A DNA stretch of 64,000 bases, from contig JAUNTY010000003.1 of NCBI GenBank assembly GCA_030538415.1, positions 20,030 to 84,029 on the forward strand, written 5' to 3'. The translations under genes were made by a program, and so were the position numbers. Under the pieces are notes generated by a model. It did no database searches. It saw only the letters and a program-made list of their open reading frames with translations, and was not told where the DNA came from. This DNA comes from Neisseria sp. Its GTDB lineage: Bacteria; Pseudomonadota; Gammaproteobacteria; Burkholderiales; Neisseriaceae. Positions 20,301 through 29,192 of the stretch are shown one piece after another. Position 1 is the first letter of the stretch, and each line of letters starts with the position of its first letter.

Positions 20301-21332
20301 TTACAGTTTCAATAAACGCTCGGCGTTTTGGTGGGCGATCAGCGCTTTTTCGGCGGCGCTGACGGGCAGGTTTTCCAGCCAGCTTCGCGCCCCGTCTAGG
20401 CTTTGATACGGGTAATCGATCGAATACAGAATGCGTTCGCTACCCATCAATTCGCGGACAAACATAAAATGCGGCAGGGTGAGCATGCCGCTGGGGCTGA
20501 CATACACATGCTCGCGGTAGGTTTGAATCAGGCTGCGGCTAAGCCCGGTGGCGGCTTGCGGCAGGCTGTCGTCGAGGCGTTGCAGGTAAAACGGCAGCAT
20601 TTCGCCCCAATGGCCGCTGATGACTTGCAGATTCGGATGGCGGTCGAAACAGCCCGCCAGCATCATCCGCAGCACATGAATGCCCGCTTCGTTGTGCCAG
20701 CCCCAGCCAAACATGGCCAAGCGCGCATTCACTTCCGCATCGAAACCTGTGTAATACGCCTCGCGCACGGCCTCCACCGGCAAACCGGGATGCACATACA
20801 GCGGCACTTGCCATTCGTCGAATGCGGCCAGCAGCGAATCAAAGCGCGGATGGTCGAGAAAACCGGCATCAGGGCGGCCGTTGATCAATGCGCCTTTGAA
20901 GCCCAATTCTTTCACCGCCCGCTCCAGCTCCCGCACGGCGGCTTCAGGGTCTTGCCACGGCAAAGTGGCAAAGGCGGCGAAGCGGCCGGGATGTTGGGCG
21001 GCGGCTTCGGCCATCGCATCGTTGGCGGCGCGGTGCAGCGCGGCGGCGGCGGGCATGGCGGCCATTTGCGGCACACCGCCCACCGACAACACCTGCATGT
21101 CGATACCGGCGTCGTCCATCTGCTTCAGACGGCCTGCACCGATGTCCTGCAAAAGCCGCATCGACTCCTGCGCGGCAATCACATGCGGGCGGCTGTGGTC
21201 GGCCACGTCTGCGCCGTCGGTGACGCGGCTGCCCCAGTCGCGCAGATACGGCGCGGCAGCAGCAGTGGCCGCCATGCCCGCCTGCGCCAGCGCGGGATAG
21301 AGCATGTGCTCTTCGAGGGTGATGATTTTCAT
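20301..21332 (-). CDS. Amidohydrolase-2 family protein (ACMSD-like metal-dependent decarboxylase/hydrolase)
   Basis: The start is set at MKIITLEEHM with an AAGGA Shine-Dalgarno sequence. The protein has a TIM-barrel amidohydrolase_2 pattern. The 52 codons upstream in the track ORF are read-through of family C MITE sequence. Confidence 0.7.
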   Translation of the reverse strand: MKIITLEEHMLYPALAQAGMAATAAAAPYLRDWGSRVTDGADVADHSRPHVIAAQESMRLLQDIGAGRLKQMDDAGIDMQVLSVGGVPQMAAMPAAAALHRAANDAMAEAAAQHPGRFAAFATLPWQDPEAAVRELERAVKELGFKGALINGRPDAGFLDHPRFDSLLAAFDEWQVPLYVHPGLPVEAVREAYYTGFDAEVNARLAMFGWGWHNEAGIHVLRMMLAGCFDRHPNLQVISGHWGEMLPFYLQRLDDSLPQAATGLSRSLIQTYREHVYVSPSGMLTLPHFMFVRELMGSERILYSIDYPYQSLDGARSWLENLPVSAAEKALIAHQNAERLLKL

Positions 21333-21354
21333 GTGGTTTTCCTTTGACGGCTTA

Positions 21355-21514
21355 GGGCTTTCTGATACTTCGTTTATGAGGGGATTTTTGTTCCTGAAAA
21401 TGCAGATGCAAGGCAAAAAACGTAGCAAGATTGGACATCTTGCGAGGCTTTTTAACGCAGCAGATGCGTTTTCAGGGACAAAAAGCACCCGTAAATCGAA
21501 GTGTCAGGAAGCCC
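21355..21514. repeat. Family C MITE (~160 bp) with about 18-bp inverted repeats GGGCTTTCTGATACTTCG / CGAAGTGTCAGGAAGCCC
   Basis: A second copy, about 90% identical, lies at 61048..61215. An internal inverted repeat CCTGAAAATGCAGATGCAAGG / CGCAGCAGATGCGTTTTCAGG is also present. Confidence 0.7.
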
Positions 21515-21610
21515 TAGCGTGAAGCTTGCCCAGATAAGGCAAAAGCATCAATGCCAAACCGCTTTTCAATACTGCACGCCGGTTCATGCGCTTGGTTCAA
21601 GCCGCCGGGC

Positions 21611-22297
21611 TTATTTCTGCAAGGCTTCGCGCAATGCCACGCCCAGGCTGGCGGCCGATTGCGGGTTTTGGCCGGTAATCAGGCGGCCGTCAACCTGCAC
21701 TTCGTCATGCCAGTTGGCGGCGGCATGGTGGCGTGCGCCGCGCTCGACCAGTGTGGAAGCCAGCAAAAACGGCACCACATTAGTAGACTGCACTTCTTCC
21801 TCTTCCGCATCGGTAAACGCGGCCACGTCTTTACCGGCAACCAGCAAACTGCCGTCTGAAAGGCGGGCATTCACCAGCGCAGCGGGGCCGTGACACACGG
21901 CGGAAACAATGCCGCCTGCTTCGTAAATCGAGCAGATGGCGTTTTGCGCGGCGGCGTTGTCGGGGAAATCCCACATGGTGCCGTGGCCGCCTGCGAAGAA
22001 AATCGCGGCGTAGCGGGCGGGATCGATGTCGTCGATTTTGAGGGTGTTTTCAATGGCGTGGCGGAAATCGGCATCGGCCCAGTAATGTTTGTTGGCCGGG
22101 TCGTCCATGTCTTCGAGGCCGTCGAGCGGAGCCGCGCCGCCTTTGATGGAGGCGAACTCCACTTTGATGCCTGCTTCGTGCAGCTTTTCCAGCGGGTGGG
22201 TGACTTCGGCCAGATTGAAGCCGGTGGGGATGCCGGTGTCGCCTTTGACAGCCTGGCTGGTGACAACGAATAAAACGGGTTTGTCGGCGTTGCTCAT
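21611..22297 (-). CDS. DJ-1/PfpI family (type 1 glutamine amidotransferase-like) protein
   Basis: 228 aa. The nucleophile-elbow cysteine is in AVCHGPAAL, and FFAGGHG precedes it, as in DJ-1/PfpI/Hsp31-class proteins. Confidence 0.75.
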   Translation of the reverse strand: MSNADKPVLFVVTSQAVKGDTGIPTGFNLAEVTHPLEKLHEAGIKVEFASIKGGAAPLDGLEDMDDPANKHYWADADFRHAIENTLKIDDIDPARYAAIFFAGGHGTMWDFPDNAAAQNAICSIYEAGGIVSAVCHGPAALVNARLSDGSLLVAGKDVAAFTDAEEEEVQSTNVVPFLLASTLVERGARHHAAANWHDEVQVDGRLITGQNPQSAASLGVALREALQK

Positions 22298-22485
22298 GGT
22301 TTGCTCCTGTTGTGTGGGTTGATGGGTGCAGTATAGGGAGAAAGCATGACGGCTGATAGACAGGTGAAAGTGTATAGATTATTTCCTTTTTGGAAATAAT
22401 AAGCATGTCTATGTGTCATCTAAAAGGCCGTCTGAAAACCTTTTCAGACGGCCTTTGATGGATAAGCCTGCTTTTTTGAAAAATA

Positions 22486-23535
22486 TTACAAAGCGGCAAT
22501 CAGCCTGTCTACCGCAGCCTCTTCGGTCGCCCACGAGGTAATCAGGCGCACGGCGGCGTGGTCGGCGTCGGTTTCCTGCCACACGTAAAAGCTGAAATCG
22601 GCTTGCAGTTTTTCAATCACGGCATAAGGCAGAATCGGGAACACCTGATTGGTGGTGGATTCTGTCAGCATGGCGTAGCCTTTTGATTTAACCGCCGCCA
22701 CGATTTTGGCGGCCATCCGGTTTGCATGACGGGCAAGCTCGAAGTAGAGGCCGTCTGAAAACAATTCGTAATACTGGATGCCGAGCAGGCGGCCTTTGGA
22801 GAGCAGCGCGCCGTTTTGTTTGACAATGTAGTCGAAATCGGTTTGCAGCGCGGGGTTGACGATGACCATTGCTTCGCCGAGCAGGCCGCCGTTTTTGGTG
22901 GCACCGATATAAAACGCATCGGCCAGGCGGGCGATGTCGGCGAGGGTGGCGTCGTTGTCGGCGGCGGTGAGCGCGCTGCCGAGGCGCGCGCCGTCGATAT
23001 AGAGCAGCAAATCGTGTGCGCGGCAATATTGTGCGATGGCTTCCAGCTCGGCCAGATGATAAATCGAACCGATTTCGGTGGATTGGGAGAGATAGACCAG
23101 CCGCGGTTTGACCATATGCGGCGCGAGTTCGTGCGCTTTCAGCACGGCGGCGATGTCGGCCACGTCGAGTTTGCCGTCGGCGCTTGCGACTTCAATCACT
23201 TTATGGCCGCTGGCTTCAATCGCACCGGCTTCGTGGGTGGCAATGTGGCCGCTGGCGGCGGCGATGACGGCTTCGTGCGGGCGCAGAAAAGCGGTGGTGG
23301 CGAGACGGTTGGTTTGGGTGCCGCCGCTGAGAAAATGGATGGCGGCATCATCGTTGCCAACCAGCTTTTTCAGCAGGCTTTTTGCTTCACAGCTGTAGAA
23401 ATCTTCGCCGTAGCCTTCGTGTTGCTCCAGATTGCTGCTGAGCAGGCGGTTGAGAATATTGGGGTGCGCGCCTTCGGCGTAGTCGTTTTTGAAGCTGTAC
23501 ATGATGTTTTCGGCAAGATAATTTGAAACCATCAA
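22486..23535 (-). CDS. Low-specificity L-threonine aldolase / beta-eliminating lyase family PLP enzyme
   Basis: 349 aa with a PLP fold-type I pattern (LSGGTQTN, lysine in IGATKNGG). The start is ambiguous between three ATGs at the 5' end. Confidence 0.65.
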   Translation of the reverse strand: MMVSNYLAENIMYSFKNDYAEGAHPNILNRLLSSNLEQHEGYGEDFYSCEAKSLLKKLVGNDDAAIHFLSGGTQTNRLATTAFLRPHEAVIAAASGHIATHEAGAIEASGHKVIEVASADGKLDVADIAAVLKAHELAPHMVKPRLVYLSQSTEIGSIYHLAELEAIAQYCRAHDLLLYIDGARLGSALTAADNDATLADIARLADAFYIGATKNGGLLGEAMVIVNPALQTDFDYIVKQNGALLSKGRLLGIQYYELFSDGLYFELARHANRMAAKIVAAVKSKGYAMLTESTTNQVFPILPYAVIEKLQADFSFYVWQETDADHAAVRLITSWATEEAAVDRLIAAL

Positions 23536-23666
23536 TATAAGGCCGGAACAATGCTTTTAAAGGCCGTCTGAATATTCAAACCGCCCTTGTTTTGCATCGC
23601 CGGTGTCTGCATGCGGATAAAGCCGCGCCTGCCAGCCATTTTGCCCAATGTGCCATACCGCCTCCG

Positions 23667-24233
23667 TCAGACCGATTGATGAATTTGCGCCATCAGCCGC
23701 TCGGCATGCAGGCGCGCCCTGTTTTGCACATCGGCCAAATCGGCCTCGCTGCTCACGCCGGGCACATACATGATGCCGGTCGAACACACCGGCTGCTGCC
23801 AATCCATGCCGCATTGCACCGCGCTTTGCTGCAGCGGCGGCAAAAAGGCTTCCAGCGGATGGTTCATGGCACCGCCATAGCGGTATTGTTCGGCGGGCGC
23901 GCCGGCGGTCAGCGATACAGTCAGCTTTTTGCCCTTGAGCGCGGTGCCGCCGCTGCCGTAGGCAAAACCGTGCAGATACACTTCGTCTAAATAGGCTTTC
24001 ATCAGCGCGGGCAGCGCATACCAGTGCAGCGGAAACTGCCACACCACCACATCGGCGGCCACCAAAGCGGCCTGCTCGGCGGCCACGTCGATTTTGCGGT
24101 TTGCATACAATTCGTCGAGGCGGCGGATTTCGGCCGCATCGCCCAACCCTTGCTGCAAGGTGTCGAGAATCACCCGGTTGGCGGTGGATTGCTGCAAATC
24201 GGGGTGGCCGGAAATAACGAGGATTTTGCTCAT
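23667..24233 (-). CDS. NAD(P)H-dependent FMN oxidoreductase with a flavodoxin-like fold (NQO/KefF/MdaB-like)
   Basis: 188 aa. MSKILVISGHPDLQQS and WQFPLHWY are typical of the flavodoxin_2/NAD(P)H dehydrogenase (quinone) family. Confidence 0.75.
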   Translation of the reverse strand: MSKILVISGHPDLQQSTANRVILDTLQQGLGDAAEIRRLDELYANRKIDVAAEQAALVAADVVVWQFPLHWYALPALMKAYLDEVYLHGFAYGSGGTALKGKKLTVSLTAGAPAEQYRYGGAMNHPLEAFLPPLQQSAVQCGMDWQQPVCSTGIMYVPGVSSEADLADVQNRARLHAERLMAQIHQSV

Positions 24234-24379
24234 GATGGGGCTTTCTGGAAATAATTGAATGTCAACAGGCGCAGTATAGGCGTTTGGATTGATGGGTTTA
24301 AGACAGCTGCCGGTAGAAAGACCATTTCCGCACAGGAAGCAATCAGGCCGTCTGAAAACGCTTTCAGACGGCCTCTGCT

Positions 24380-24872
24380 TTATTCGGGCAGGCCTTCCAC
24401 AATGTAAGTGCGCGAATTGCCGGCGCGGTGGCGGATGGGGATGATTTTGCGGTATTCGGGCGAGTTGTACCAGGCTTGCGCTTGGGCGAGGCTGTCGAAC
24501 TTGATCATCACCAGCCGCCCCTGCGCGCCGAAGCCTTCTTTCACGTCGGCTTCGCCGCCGCGCACGATGTATAGTCGGAGAAATTAAGTTTTAATACAAG
24601 GCGGCGAGCCGCAGACAGTACAGGCAGTACGACAAGGCGAGCCAACGCCGTAGTAAAGCTTAATTTCTCCGACTATAGCGGCCGCTATACGGGCGGAAGG
24701 TATCTTCCACTTCGGCGCTGTAAGGGCGGATGGCCTCGCGGTCGGTGGCTTCGAATTCGGCCACATAATAAGCGGGGCTTGCCTTGGCTGCACCGGCGGG
24801 CGCGGCATGGGCGGCCAGCGGCAGGGCGGCTGCGGCCACTGCGGCGAAGGCAGACAAAAACAGTTTGGTCAT
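24380..24872 (-). pseudogene. DUF1330 family secreted protein gene disrupted by insertion of a 108-bp family A MITE
   Basis: The N-terminal piece (24660..24872: MTKLFLSAFAAVAAAALPLAAHA...PAYYVAEFEATDREAIRPYSGRY) and the C-terminal piece (24380..24565: ...RLVMIKFDSLAQAQAWYNSPEYRKI...) are in different frames and are separated by the element at 24570..24677. Deleting the element and keeping one TA restores a continuous DUF1330 ORF (…GRYIVRGGEADV…). Confidence 0.75.
24570..24677. repeat. Family A Correia-like element, long form, inserted at a TA inside the DUF1330 gene
   Basis: TATAGTCGGAGAAATTAAGTTTTAATACAAGGCGGCGAGCCGCAGACAGTACAGGCAGTACGACAAGGCGAGCCAACGCCGTAGTAAAGCTTAATTTCTCCGACTATA. Confidence 0.85.
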
Positions 24873-24878
24873 TTCAGA

Positions 24879-25304
24879 CTACTCCTTTATTTTATGGAAA
24901 ATCAGCGGCAGGGATTCGGCATCCAGGCTTTGCATGTCGGTCAGCTGCAGCGATTTCACCATGTGCGCGGTGCCGGTTTTGTAGTGCTGGAAGTGCGGCG
25001 ATCGGATATGGGCGTCATAGGCGGCCTGGTCAGCATAAATTTCCAGCAGGCGGATTTGGGCGGGCGCGTTTTGCTCGGCCATCGGCACAATCGCCAGCAC
25101 GCCCGGCTCGATTCTCATCGAAGCCGCCGCCTCTTCTTTCAGCATGGCATAATATTCGGCGCGGTATTGTGGGAAAATTTCGATTTCGGCCATGCGCATC
25201 ATCATTTTACCGCTGCCGTTTTCAGGTTCGCCCGCCTTGTCGTGGGCAAAAACCGGCAGCGCCGCCAAAGCCAGCGCCAGCAGCAATCCTGCTTTTTTCA
25301 ACAT
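24879..25304 (-). CDS. Secreted antibiotic-biosynthesis-monooxygenase (ABM) domain protein
   Basis: 141 aa with signal peptide MLKKAGLLLALALAALPVFA and a ferredoxin-like ABM pattern (IEIF...EYY...HF..Y). Confidence 0.6.
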   Translation of the reverse strand: MLKKAGLLLALALAALPVFAHDKAGEPENGSGKMMMRMAEIEIFPQYRAEYYAMLKEEAAASMRIEPGVLAIVPMAEQNAPAQIRLLEIYADQAAYDAHIRSPHFQHYKTGTAHMVKSLQLTDMQSLDAESLPLIFHKIKE

Positions 25305-25333
25305 AGTCCGCTCCTGTCTGTAAAATCACAAAA

Positions 25334-25441
25334 TATAGTCGAATAAATGAGCTTCTGCTACGGCGTTGGCTCGCCTTGCCGTACTATCTGTACTGTCTGC
25401 GGCTCGCCGCCTTGTATCAGAAGCTCATTTCTCCGACTATA
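25334..25441. repeat. Family A Correia-like element, long form (reverse orientation)
   Basis: TATAGTCGAATAAATGAGCTTCTGCTACGGCGTTGGCTCGCCTTGCCGTACTATCTGTACTGTCTGCGGCTCGCCGCCTTGTATCAGAAGCTCATTTCTCCGACTATA. Confidence 0.8.
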
Positions 25442-25530
25442 TTTGGGAAACGGTATAAATATAAACTGGTTTGCGCCTTATTTTTAGCCTATGATGGGTG
25501 CAAAGATATTTTCCCGAAAGGAACGAATCC

Positions 25531-26430
25531 ATGCACAGCGCCATCTACGGCCAACTGACCGTATTTCACACCATCGCCGCGCAAGGCAGCATTTCCGGCG
25601 CGGCGCGCCAGCTCGAAATCGGCGCGCCTGCGGTGAGCAAATCGCTGAAGCTTTTGGAAGAACACATCGGCCTGCCGCTGTTTAACCGCACCACGCGCAA
25701 GCTGGAGCTGACCGAAGCGGGCGCGTTGCTGCTGGCGCGAACGGGCGAGGCGGTGCAGTCGCTGCAATATGCGGTGGAGAGCGTGCAGGATTTGGGCGAC
25801 ACGCCGCACGGCAGCGTGCGCATCACCGTGGCGCGGTTTGCCTACAAATGCATCCTGAAGCCGCTGCTGGCCGAATTCTGCCGCCAGTATCCCGAAATCC
25901 GGCTGGAAGTGTCGGTGTTTGACGGCACGGTCGATATTCTCGAACAAGGCTTCGATTTGGGCATCCGCTTCGGCGACCGCGTGGAAGAAGGCATGGTGGC
26001 GCGCCAACTGATGGCGCCGTTTAAAGAGGGCTTGTATGTGTCGCAGGCTTATCGCGACCAATACGGCCTGCCCGAAAGCCCCGCTGACCTGCCCGCACAC
26101 CGGCTCATCGGCTACCGCCTGATTACCGCCAACCGCATCCTGCCGCTGACGCTCGACAACCACGGCCAAGCGCTGGAAGTGGACATGCCCTGCCCGATAT
26201 TGGTCAACGACATCGGCGTGATGGCCGACGCGGTGCGCCAGGGTATCGGCATCGGCCGCCTGTTTGAACCGGTGGTGCAGCAATACGCCGACCGCGCCGA
26301 TTTTGTCCCGGTGTTGGCGGATTATTGGCAAAGCTATCCCGGCGTGTATCTCTATTACCTGCAAAACAGCCAGAAAGCCAAGCGCATCAGGGTGTTGATT
26401 GATTTCTTGCTGGCGCATCACGGCGGCTGA
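25531..26430 (+). CDS. LysR family transcriptional regulator
   Basis: N-terminal helix-turn-helix (LTVFHTIAAQGSISGAARQLEIGAPAVSKSLKLLEEHIG) and a C-terminal LysR substrate-binding domain. The start is set at MHSAIYG with an AAGGA Shine-Dalgarno sequence. Confidence 0.88.
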   Translation: MHSAIYGQLTVFHTIAAQGSISGAARQLEIGAPAVSKSLKLLEEHIGLPLFNRTTRKLELTEAGALLLARTGEAVQSLQYAVESVQDLGDTPHGSVRITVARFAYKCILKPLLAEFCRQYPEIRLEVSVFDGTVDILEQGFDLGIRFGDRVEEGMVARQLMAPFKEGLYVSQAYRDQYGLPESPADLPAHRLIGYRLITANRILPLTLDNHGQALEVDMPCPILVNDIGVMADAVRQGIGIGRLFEPVVQQYADRADFVPVLADYWQSYPGVYLYYLQNSQKAKRIRVLIDFLLAHHGG

Positions 26431-26593
26431 ACATGCTCCGCCTAGCCCATGCCTTTTCGGCATACCTTTTACTGCATCGCAAAAGCATCAGGCCGTCTGA
26501 AAGGTTTCAGACGGCCTGATGTGATTGTGCAGCCAAACAATAGCAATCACACAAGACGAAGGCAGCGCCGCAGGATTCCATATTATCCGGCGA

Positions 26594-27610
26594 TCAATAT
26601 TTCATTCCCCGCAGCATCCCCTGAATCGCATTGCGGCGCAGCTCGCGGTATTGCGCGGTTTGCGGCGAGTCGGGGCCAAGCATCTCGAAAGCGTGAAACA
26701 CGCCCGGTATCACGTGCAGCTCGGTGGGCACGCCGGCCTGAATCAGGCGGTTGGCATAATCGATGTCTTCGTTGACAAACAAATCCAGGTCGCCCACGGC
26801 AATAAAGGTTGGCGGCAGGCCGCTCAGGTCTTTGGCCAGCGCGGGTGAAAAATACGCCATCTGCCGCTCGGAAATGCGTTGGCCGCCGCGCAGTTTGCCC
26901 CAGCCGAAGCGGTTGGAAGCCGCCGTCCACACAAATTCACCGGCATACGGGTTGCGGTAAGGCGATTGGGCGGTGCCGGTGCGGTAATCGAGCATCGGAT
27001 AAATCAACACCTGCCCCGCCGGGCTGAATTCGCCCCGGTCGCGGGTGTAGAGCGCCAGCCGCGCCGCCAGCCCGCCGCCCGCGCTCTCGCCCATCAGAAT
27101 GATGCGTTTGTTGTCGAGCTCCAACGCATCGGCGTGGCGGAACACATGGCCGAGGCCGTGGTAGGCATCGTTCAAATCGGCGGGAAACGGCGCTTCGGTG
27201 GCCAGCCGGTATTCCACGCTCACCACCGCCGCCCGGTTACGTTCGGCCAAATCGGCCAGCGCGGCGTTATTCTGGCGTGCATTGCCCATGATGTAGCCGC
27301 CACCGTGAATAAAATAAATCACCGGCAGGCTGCCCGTTGCATTTTTGGGGCGGTAAAGATACAAATCCACCGCCGGTTGGCGCGCCGCCGCAGGTACGGT
27401 GATTTTCAGGTCGGGTTGCGGCGCGGCTTCGGCAGCCTGCCTGAAACCCGCCTCTCGCCGCGCCACTTCGGCATCATCGGCAATGCTGGCCGCCCAATTC
27501 GGCGCTATGCTTTGGTATTCGGGCGCCAAACGGTGCAGGGTTTTGAAATCCTGTGCGGCAACAGGCAGGCTGCACAATGCAATGGCAACGGAAAGCATCA
27601 GTTTGTTCAT
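26594..27610 (-). CDS. Secreted alpha/beta hydrolase (esterase/lipase, hormone-sensitive-lipase-like fold-3)
   Basis: Signal peptide, HGGG oxyanion motif (FIHGGGY) and nucleophile elbow GESAGG. GAGGAG Shine-Dalgarno sequence. Confidence 0.8.
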   Translation of the reverse strand: MNKLMLSVAIALCSLPVAAQDFKTLHRLAPEYQSIAPNWAASIADDAEVARREAGFRQAAEAAPQPDLKITVPAAARQPAVDLYLYRPKNATGSLPVIYFIHGGGYIMGNARQNNAALADLAERNRAAVVSVEYRLATEAPFPADLNDAYHGLGHVFRHADALELDNKRIILMGESAGGGLAARLALYTRDRGEFSPAGQVLIYPMLDYRTGTAQSPYRNPYAGEFVWTAASNRFGWGKLRGGQRISERQMAYFSPALAKDLSGLPPTFIAVGDLDLFVNEDIDYANRLIQAGVPTELHVIPGVFHAFEMLGPDSPQTAQYRELRRNAIQGMLRGMKY

Positions 27611-27811
27611 CACGGCTCCTCAGGGTTGCCATATACTTTTCTTTATACACAAAATCCGCCTGCAAATAAACAGGCCGCTGCAAGCCCGATTGCTGTTCAG
27701 ACGACCACAAGCTTTCTTGTCAGGAAATGATACTATTCCGCCTTCCCCGTTTATTGCTGCCACGCTCCGGCCTATACTGGACACCGTCAGCTTATCCACA
27801 AAGGAAACACC

Positions 27812-28525
27812 ATGATCGAACGCCGCCCTTTTGCCGAACTCGGCGCCGCCAACCACGGCTGGCTTGATGCCAAACACCATTTCTCATTCGCCGAATATTA
27901 CGACCCCGAGCGCATGCACTGGGGCAACCTGCGCGTGTGGAACGACGACACCATCGCCGCAGGCCAGGGCTTTCCGCCGCATCCGCATGCCGATATGGAA
28001 ATCATCACTTATGTGCGCGAAGGCGCGATTTCGCACCAAGACAGCCTTGGCAATAAAGGACGCACCGTAGCAGGCGACGTGCAAGTGATGAGCGCGGGCA
28101 CAGGCATCCGCCATTCCGAATACAACCTTGAAAATGAAACCACGCGCATTTTCCAAATCTGGATTCTGCCCGAGCGCCGCGGCGATGCGCCTGCCTGGGG
28201 CACCAAACCGTTTCCGAAAAGTGACCGCACGGGGCAATTCGTGATACTGGCCAGCGGCCTCGACGCCGACCTGGCCGATGGCAGCGCCCTGCCCATCCGC
28301 ACCGATGCACGCGTGGCCGGTGCCACCCTCAAAGCCGGTGAAACGCTGCAATACCGCTTTGCCGATGCCAGCCGCTACGGCTATCTCGTGCCTGCCCAAG
28401 GCGAAGTAGAAGTCAACGGCGTAGCGCTGGCCGAACGCGACGGCGCCGCCATCCACGGCGAAACCCTGCTCAGCATCACCGCCAAAAGCGATGCGGAATT
28501 AGTATTGGTCGACAGCGCGGGCTGA
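27812..28525 (+). CDS. Pirin family protein (YhhW-like, bicupin)
   Basis: 237 aa. GFPPHPHADMEIITYVREG carries the N-terminal cupin metal-binding histidines. Confidence 0.85.
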   Translation: MIERRPFAELGAANHGWLDAKHHFSFAEYYDPERMHWGNLRVWNDDTIAAGQGFPPHPHADMEIITYVREGAISHQDSLGNKGRTVAGDVQVMSAGTGIRHSEYNLENETTRIFQIWILPERRGDAPAWGTKPFPKSDRTGQFVILASGLDADLADGSALPIRTDARVAGATLKAGETLQYRFADASRYGYLVPAQGEVEVNGVALAERDGAAIHGETLLSITAKSDAELVLVDSAG

Positions 28526-28561
28526 CAAGCCTGCTGCAGTCAAACAACATAAAACCGCTAT

Positions 28562-28605
28562 AAAAGGCCGTCTGAACGCATCGGTGCGTTCAGACGGCCT
28601 TTTAT
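28562..28605. terminator. Inverted DUS pair terminator
   Basis: AAAAGGCCGTCTGAACGCATCGGTGCGTTCAGACGGCCTTTT just downstream of the pirin stop. Confidence 0.7.
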
Positions 28606-28693
28606 ATAGAACGTGAATTCGGGATAAGCGTTTAAGATATTCTTATTATTTTCAGAAATTTACGCATCCCCACAGACAGAAAATCGCCAGATT

Positions 28694-28792
28694 TTCGTCA
28701 TTCCCGCGCAGGCGGGAATCCAGAAGCCTGACATTTCCGTAATGTTTTCAAGGTTTCTGAAACTCGACGACTGGATTCCCGCCTGCGCGGGA
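28694..28792. repeat. Neisserial intergenic mosaic element bounded by two dRS3 repeats (ATTCCCN8GGGAAT)
   Basis: ATTCCCGCGCAGGCGGGAAT at about 28694 and ATTCCCGCCTGCGCGGGAAT at about 28773, in inverted orientation, flank about 60 bp. Confidence 0.7.
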
Positions 28793-28883
28793 ATGACGAA
28801 TCCTTGCGGATTCTGCCTACCTCAAGGAGAAATACATTTCTGAAAATCAAAAGATATTTCATTTGCTTATCCCGAACTCACGT

Positions 28884-28989
28884 TATAGAGGGAAAACTTA
28901 CTCTAATACAAGGCAGCAAGCCGCAGACAGTACAGATAGTACGGCCAGGCGCAGCAACGTCGTGGTAGGAATTAAGTTTTCCCTCTATA
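28884..28989. repeat. Family A-type element with variant inverted repeats TATAGAGGGAAAAC...GTTTTCCCTCTATA
   Basis: The core CAAGGCAGCAAGCCGCAGACAGTACAGATAGTACGGCCAGGCGCAGCAACG is shared with family A. The inverted repeats differ. Confidence 0.7.
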
Positions 28990-29017
28990 GGGGTTTCAGA
29001 CGGCAGCCCCCCCGAAA

Positions 29018-29089
29018 TATAGTTGGAGAAATGAATTTCTGATACAAGGCGAGCCAACGCCATAGCAGAAACTCATTTCTCCGACTATA
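29018..29089. repeat. Family A element, short form
   Basis: TATAGTTGGAGAAATGAATTTCTGATACAAGGCGAGCCAACGCCATAGCAGAAACTCATTTCTCCGACTATA. Confidence 0.7.
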
Positions 29090-29192
29090 TCGGCTCGGGC
29101 ATGGCGGTAAGCAAACAATTGCGCTAAAGTGTGAATTCCTTCCAAACATGTAGAATGAATACCGGCAAACCGGCAACACAGGCACTCTCAGC

